The notes under the pieces are model-generated. The model made no database searches, was not told the DNA's origin, and was given only the letters and a program-made list of their open reading frames with translations. The translations under genes were made by a program, and so were the position numbers. Shown here piece after piece: positions 57,003-64,000 of a stretch of 64,000 bases of DNA. The DNA is taken from assembly GCF_009914755.1 (NCBI RefSeq), contig NC_060936.1; one strand, given 5' to 3'. How positions within the stretch are numbered: position 1 is the first letter of the stretch; the number at the start of each line of letters is the position of its first letter. The DNA comes from the human T2T-CHM13v2.0 reference genome, Homo sapiens.

Positions 57003-58827
57003 AGAAGACATATTTTCTAATACTCAGAGGAAAAACAAGCTCTCCCTTCTTCTTGGACTTATAATGTGGATAATGGTGTCAGTAATAAAGAAATAAACTA
57101 ACAGGTGTCAATGGTTCTGATAACTGGCATATGTTATAAAATGTCCTAACTGGCTTCAGAATAACTGGAGACCTTGGAGGAAGGAGGGCAGGAGTGAGGA
57201 TCAGAAGACAAGATGGGACACCCACACAGATCACAAAGTTAACTGCCTTTGTCCTCTGGCCCTATCCTAGGCCTTCCGAATTAGAATCTCAGCAGTAAAG
57301 GCCAGGAAATGCACAGCGGAGCCCTCCACTCCACATCATCAGAACCAGTTAGGTCCCTGTAACTGAGCAGTTTGGTTAAAGCACACACTAAGCATTTTAA
57401 AAATCTGTTGTCAATGTTTCATTTAAGGTAAAGGTCTTTTCTTAAGGGAAGGGGTCCACTAGAAGTTCTTTTTCCAATAGGCCACGCCTTTTCCTGTGGG
57501 GTGGGAACTGGACACCGGATAAGCAATCAGGGCAGAGTCCGAGTCCTTTGGGAATTCTTCCACTTCCCCTATCTAGTCCAGACCTAATTCACCACCAAGT
57601 TTTCTTTCAAGAGAATCAATTTATATCTATGCTTTCCAAAGCACTCAGTTGACAGTTTTTGTAGAAATAACTTTCTCTTTGCACTCATGCAAAAATCCAG
57701 TTGCCCCAGGATTTAATGAAATCATAGAACTATTGTAATAAAACCAGAATGAACAGATCTGGGAGTGAACACATTTGATCCTGTGTAAGTATGAGATTCC
57801 AGTGTGGGAGCAGAAATGTCCAGATACCTAGTCATGACCACCTGACCATGAGGGGTGTCAGTTAATAGCTTCTACTCCCCTCCCATCTCAAAAAAAAAAC
57901 CAGCTTACGGAAGACAGAATTCCTAAAATTCTGATTTTCTTATTAATAGTTTCTGGCCAGGACCAACAACCAAAGCATTCATTTGTTTAGGAAGAGCTTC
58001 GGGTTTTATTGTTTGTTTTTTCCCCCTCATCTCTATTTCCTTTTTACAATTTCTGGAAATTCATGTCTAAGAATTCTTCGGACCAGTCTTTACACAGGTG
58101 CAAATAAGAAAGTGCCTATCCAGGTGGACCCTGGATTTATGTTTATTAAGACTGTATCTTTTGACAATTTTGTTTTTACATTTAAAATACATCATGACAT
58201 GAACTTTCCAACACCTGACCCGGAATTTGGTTCAACAGATAAAATTTAACTCTCACGTGACTCCAATTACTCATCTTCTATTCCGTTTAAATGAGAAAAT
58301 GCTATTCTAATAATGGAATTTTTTTTTTCAGTCTGTGGTTAGGGAAAAAAGGGATTAGTCAAAAGAGAATCTGTTGAGATTACTCCACTGAAATTTCGTA
58401 ATTAAAAAACTATATAATCATATTTCATGTAGGGGATCAGATATTTTACCTAAAAACTGCCTAGACACTTAAGACTTACTAAAAAAAAAAAAAGTTAAAT
58501 GTTGATCACTTTAACGTATTTGTTTTAAACAGATTTCAAAGATGTTAACTGCATTATAATTTATGACAGCAAAAAAGTGCCTAAATATCCAATAAAGGAA
58601 TGGTTATATAAATGACATATCCACATGAAAGATCACATAGCTGTTAAAAATCATGTCATGTAAGAATATTCTGATTTAAAAAATAAGAAAATACCCAGAG
58701 TATAACTTTAGGTTAAAATCAAACAAAAACTCTACAAAAACTCTAAAAAATCATCCCAAAAGGGAACAACAAAGGAAAAAAACTTAAATGCTTTGTTAAC
58801 AGTGTTTATCTCTGGGTAGTGATATGA

Positions 58828-59204
<377 letters not shown>

Positions 59205-59561
59205 GTAAAACATTATTTTTAAAAGTTTGATTAGTTGGGATCAGAAATAAAACATACTATTATACTTCCCTGCCTTCTTAAACAGAGTACATGAAACTAA
59301 GGTAGCTTTCCTTGATGATCTAGAATTGTCCTTATGAATATCAAGTGACTATGGTGCTGTCTCTGATAGAGCAATACTCTTGGGCTATGGAAGCAGATGG
59401 GTATGTTTCTCCCCTAAATAAGCATTTGCCAAAGTGTGCCCCCAAGGACTCAGTCCTGTGAGCTTTTCTAAGAGTTGCAATCAAGTGTGAACGAGAAATA
59501 CTGTGTAGGCTGCCCCTCTGGAGCTTCACCACACTCTAGCAGAAGAAACAAAACCTCTCTT

Positions 59562-59825
59562 GGCCGGTGTGGTGGCTCACGCCTACAATCCCAACACTCG
59601 AGAGGCCAAGGCAGAAGGATTGCTTGAGCTCAGGAGTTTGAGAACAGCCTAGGAAACCATAGCAAGACCTCATCTACACTAGAAATCAAAAAAGTCAGCC
59701 AGGCGTAGTGGCAAGCGCCCGTAATCCCAGCTACTCAGGAGGCTCGTTTGATGGAGGCTGCAGTGAACTATGGTCACACCACCATGCTCTAGCCTGGGCG
59801 ACAGAGACCCTGTCTCAAAAAAACA
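59562..59825 (+). mobile_element. Alu (AluJ-like)
   Basis: Degenerate Alu consensus. Confidence 0.88.
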
Positions 59826-59959
59826 AACCCCTCTTTAATTCCCAAATTGATTTACCATGGAACTCTTTTTAATGTAATTATAATACAATTAACATCCACA
59901 AAATTAGAGATCTAAGGAAAACACTACCCTAATCAAAAGGCCACAAAATGTATTCACAG

Positions 59960-60160
59960 TAACAGCTTCCACTTACTGGGTTTTCTTGCCAGGCATGGTG
60001 TAAAATAGTTTATACGCATCATCTTATTTAATCCTCAGAATAACTCAATAAGGATGGTATTACTAACTCCCATTTTAAAGAGGAGGAAACTGACACTTAG
60101 GAAGGTTAAATACTTGCCCCAAAGTTTCCTAGCAACCCAAATCCTGTCTTAACCACGATG
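59960..60160 (-). mobile_element. MIR
   Basis: cccattttaaagaggaggaaactgacacttaggaaggttaaatacttgccc MIR core. Confidence 0.8.
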
Positions 60161-60409
60161 CTTCAACAGTCAACTTTCCAATTTTTGTACGGCTTTTATG
60201 ACTTTTGCCTCCTATCACTTATTTCTTGATGATGTTATTGGTTCTTCTAGTTTTTCCCCACAGTCTTAACATTTGCCACTGGCAGATAAACCACATGACT
60301 AAGTGATTATTTGAACTGTGTGCAAAAGCAAGACTCAACAGGCTCTGCTATAAGTCCAGTATATGTCCTTGAAGTCAGTTATCTCGGCTGCCCAACGATC
60401 ATTTTTATC

Positions 60410-61030
60410 AACCATCTTTCAGCCTCCTAACTCATATCCCAGCTTTCTAATCTCATCCCCCTCAAATCCATCCTTCCCCTGGCTGCCAAAACGATCTACA
60501 TAAATGGCGAGTGTGACCAACCGCAGCACTCCCTGGCTTAAATCCTCCAACGGCTCCCTGCCTAGAGGATCAAGCCCAAGCTCCTTAACAGGGCATATGA
60601 GGCCATCTGGTCCCTGACTGCCTTTTGGGCCTCAGCCCCCACTACACCCTGCCCTGGTCCCTCCAGCAATACTTATAATATTCCTGTATGCACACACACT
60701 CTGTCCCGGCTTCTTCCCTAAGTGCCTTTGTTCCTCCCATATGCCTGGGAGCCCTTCTCCCTCATTACCTGGCTAACTCTTAACTCATTCTCTGAATCAT
60801 AACTTATGAGTCATTCATCTTCTCCAGGAAACACTCCCTGCTGACCCCCCACCTTCCAAAGGCTTACTGGATCTCCCCCCACCAGTGTGTGGGCCTCACT
60901 ACTGTTTCACATGTACCCTGTACACCTGCATGATCCTAAATGATGAAAACTATGTGGTTTACTGGTTTCACATCCCCCAAGTGGCACACCACAGATGCTC
61001 CGCAAAGGCTGGGTACATGAATAAACTTCT
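60410..61030 (+). mobile_element. L2 fragment
   Basis: ggcttaaatcctccaacggctccc...aagcccaagctccttaaca...catctggtccctg. Confidence 0.65.
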
Positions 61031-61091
61031 TGACCTCAGTCATGTTCACATTAATGAAAACTACTGTCTGATGGCAAACATGTTAGACCAC

Positions 61092-61225
61092 TTTTGTTTT
61101 TTTTCTTTTAGACAGGGTCTCACTATGTCGCCCAGGCTGGTCTCAAACTCATGGGGCTCAAGAGATCCTCCCACCTCAGCCTTCGGAGTAGCTGGATTTA
61201 CAGGTGTCAGCCACCACACCCAGCT
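61092..61225 (-). mobile_element. FLAM-like Alu monomer
   Basis: Single reverse Alu arm. Confidence 0.8.
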
Positions 61226-62649
61226 CTGATGACAAACATGAATTTGCACTATGTTCCTCTACTATCCTAGACACTGGGCTGCAGATGTAACCTCGAGGTG
61301 CCATTAGTTAACCTTGGAGATAAAAGGTTTGATTTAAAAGAAACATTAGCTGTAACGCTGCTTGAAATATAAGAAATTATTCAAATATCTACTTTTCACA
61401 TAAACTCTTTGACAAAGTAATGGACTACGTTCCTCACAATCCCTTGACAAATACTTTGAAAAGCCTTCCCTTGACACACTGTAACGTATTCTAGAGACAA
61501 CAAAGCTAAGCTAAGTCACCTCTCTACTTTCATTCTTCCCTTGGAAGAAATTCTACAAAGGCATTTCCTCTGCTTTTGTATCATTGGGTAAGACATCATT
61601 TCCAATGATGAAATCTGAAAACTCACACAGCTGGGGAAGGAAATAAACCAACGAGAACTCTTGTCTCAGCATGTTCTGAGCGCCAGTGATTACCTACGAG
61701 TGGCTGGCACACGGTCTTCTAGATCACCTCCCACTGCGTACCTGGCATGAATCTCCATAGCAACATTCTGCTACAAATACTGTAATCAAAGCCAAACAGG
61801 CAACAAGGCCGGCATTCCTCAGCTCAAGAACACAACCACTCTGCATACGACCGACCGGTGAGGGTCAAACAGTGCAGTCTACTTCTGGGTTCCTCTTCCA
61901 GCCAGTCTCTAACAGGATGTTAGGTCATCCAACTTGTTTCTCTCGTTTCTCCCCTCCCTTCGATGGCAGCTCTTTCCTTCTCCCAACCCACTAATAGCTC
62001 CTAGTGGCCTTTCAAACTTTTATATTCTCCTTGATTTCCACAAGCACTTGGAGGAGAGTGGCTTGAATTTCTGTCTCCAAGCAGAGCATTCACCCTGAGC
62101 TCCAGAACCACACTCCAACTGCCTGCGGGACAAAGCCCTGCCCATCCCTCATGCTCTGCCTAATCCGGCCTCAATGACTCCCTCCCTCCTGCACCCCCAC
62201 TGCCCCTCCCCTCCCCGCTCACCAGAGCCCTGTCTCCTACTCACTTCCACTTGAAGCCCGGTTATCACCACTCACTCAGCAGCACTACCCAGGCACATCC
62301 TGGGTGCCAGGCACTGTGCTGGGTGCCAAGGACAAAAAGACAAACATGACAAAATGCAGCCCCCAAGCCAGTGGGGGACACAGGGAAGTGACTTACAAAA
62401 TGTGTGTCAAGTGCCACAGGAGAGGTATACAAAGAAGCTAAGAGACCACGTGCCTGTGACAGAGGTGGGGAAAGCACTTCAGGTCAGCAGGAGAGGGGAA
62501 GTGAGAAAGGGAGTCGGGCCAGCTGGTCCGAATACCTCTCCCAGAGCCCTAGCTCAAATCCTAATTTCTTCCTAACCTCCACTTCCGCCGCCAACCTGGT
62601 CCTGCCACGCCAAGCCAGCCCACGCTTTGCTGACAGATTAACCTCCCTA

Positions 62650-63022
<373 letters not shown>

Positions 63023-63502
63023 CTAAATTAACCACCATGGGGCGCACACCCTGGCACTCCCCCTCACCAGCCCTATTTCTTGTCATTTCTCTACACACAA
63101 GTACATGCCATCTGGCCAAAGTAGACGAGAACTCGCTCGTCGGACAACCCATCCCTGCTTTCCTGCCTCTGTGCCTGTGTCACTTCCTCCTGAGCCCCCA
63201 TTTTTGTCCATCAAAAGCCTACTTAGAGAAATAAATAATTCACAACAGTGGACATGGGGAAGAGCACACTGAGGGCAGAGCACAAGGCGGGGGGTTCCGC
63301 CGGTTGGCAGTGTTTACTTCCTCGGCTGGGTAGCAGGTAGACAAAGTTCCTTATTCTCTGTGCCCTCTGGTAGATATTATTCTATTTAATAATTTATTTT
63401 CTTAACGTTTACCTACCCACCAAGTCTGTCTCTTTTGTTTTGTGGGAACGTAAGTTAAAAAACAAAAACAAAAAAAGTCTGTCTCTTGCATCAGAAACCT
63501 AA

Positions 63503-63922
<420 letters not shown>

Positions 63923-64000
63923 TAAGAGAACAGTTGACAGTTCAGTGGCACCGAGTACATTCATATTATTATGCCACCATCACCACCATCTACCTCTAGA

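Overview
Mammalian (human-like, Alu-rich) genomic DNA that I recognise from the translated exons as the CCDC62-HIP1R-VPS37B locus (human 12q24.31, from memory). The complete HIP1R gene is on the + strand: 32 coding exons hand-assembled from ATG 8990 to TAG 35008 total 3207 nt, or 1068 aa (ANTH, coiled-coil and THATCH/I-LWEQ domains), with a poly(A) signal at 36183. Converging on it from the - strand are exons 2-4 of VPS37B (ESCRT-I subunit; exon 1 lies beyond the window) with a poly(A) signal at 38594-38599. The first ~830 nt are probably the end of the CCDC62 3'UTR. The rest is about 35 Alus plus L1/L2/MIR/MLT1/hAT relics, a CpG-island promoter and several G-rich minisatellites. I found no new gene system, CRISPR array or RNA gene. 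The notable signals are in cis-architecture: (1) HIP1R intron 1 is GC-AG and intron 2 is U12-type, bracketing a 64-nt exon. (2) An in-frame alternative first exon has a canonical donor. (3) An almost A-free 14-unit VNTR abuts the exon 6 acceptor and appears to supply its branch adenosine. (4) A near-consensus CTCF motif sits on the exon 27 splice acceptor. (5) A very young AluY lies in VPS37B intron 1. Repeat family names and boundaries are by eye and approximate.
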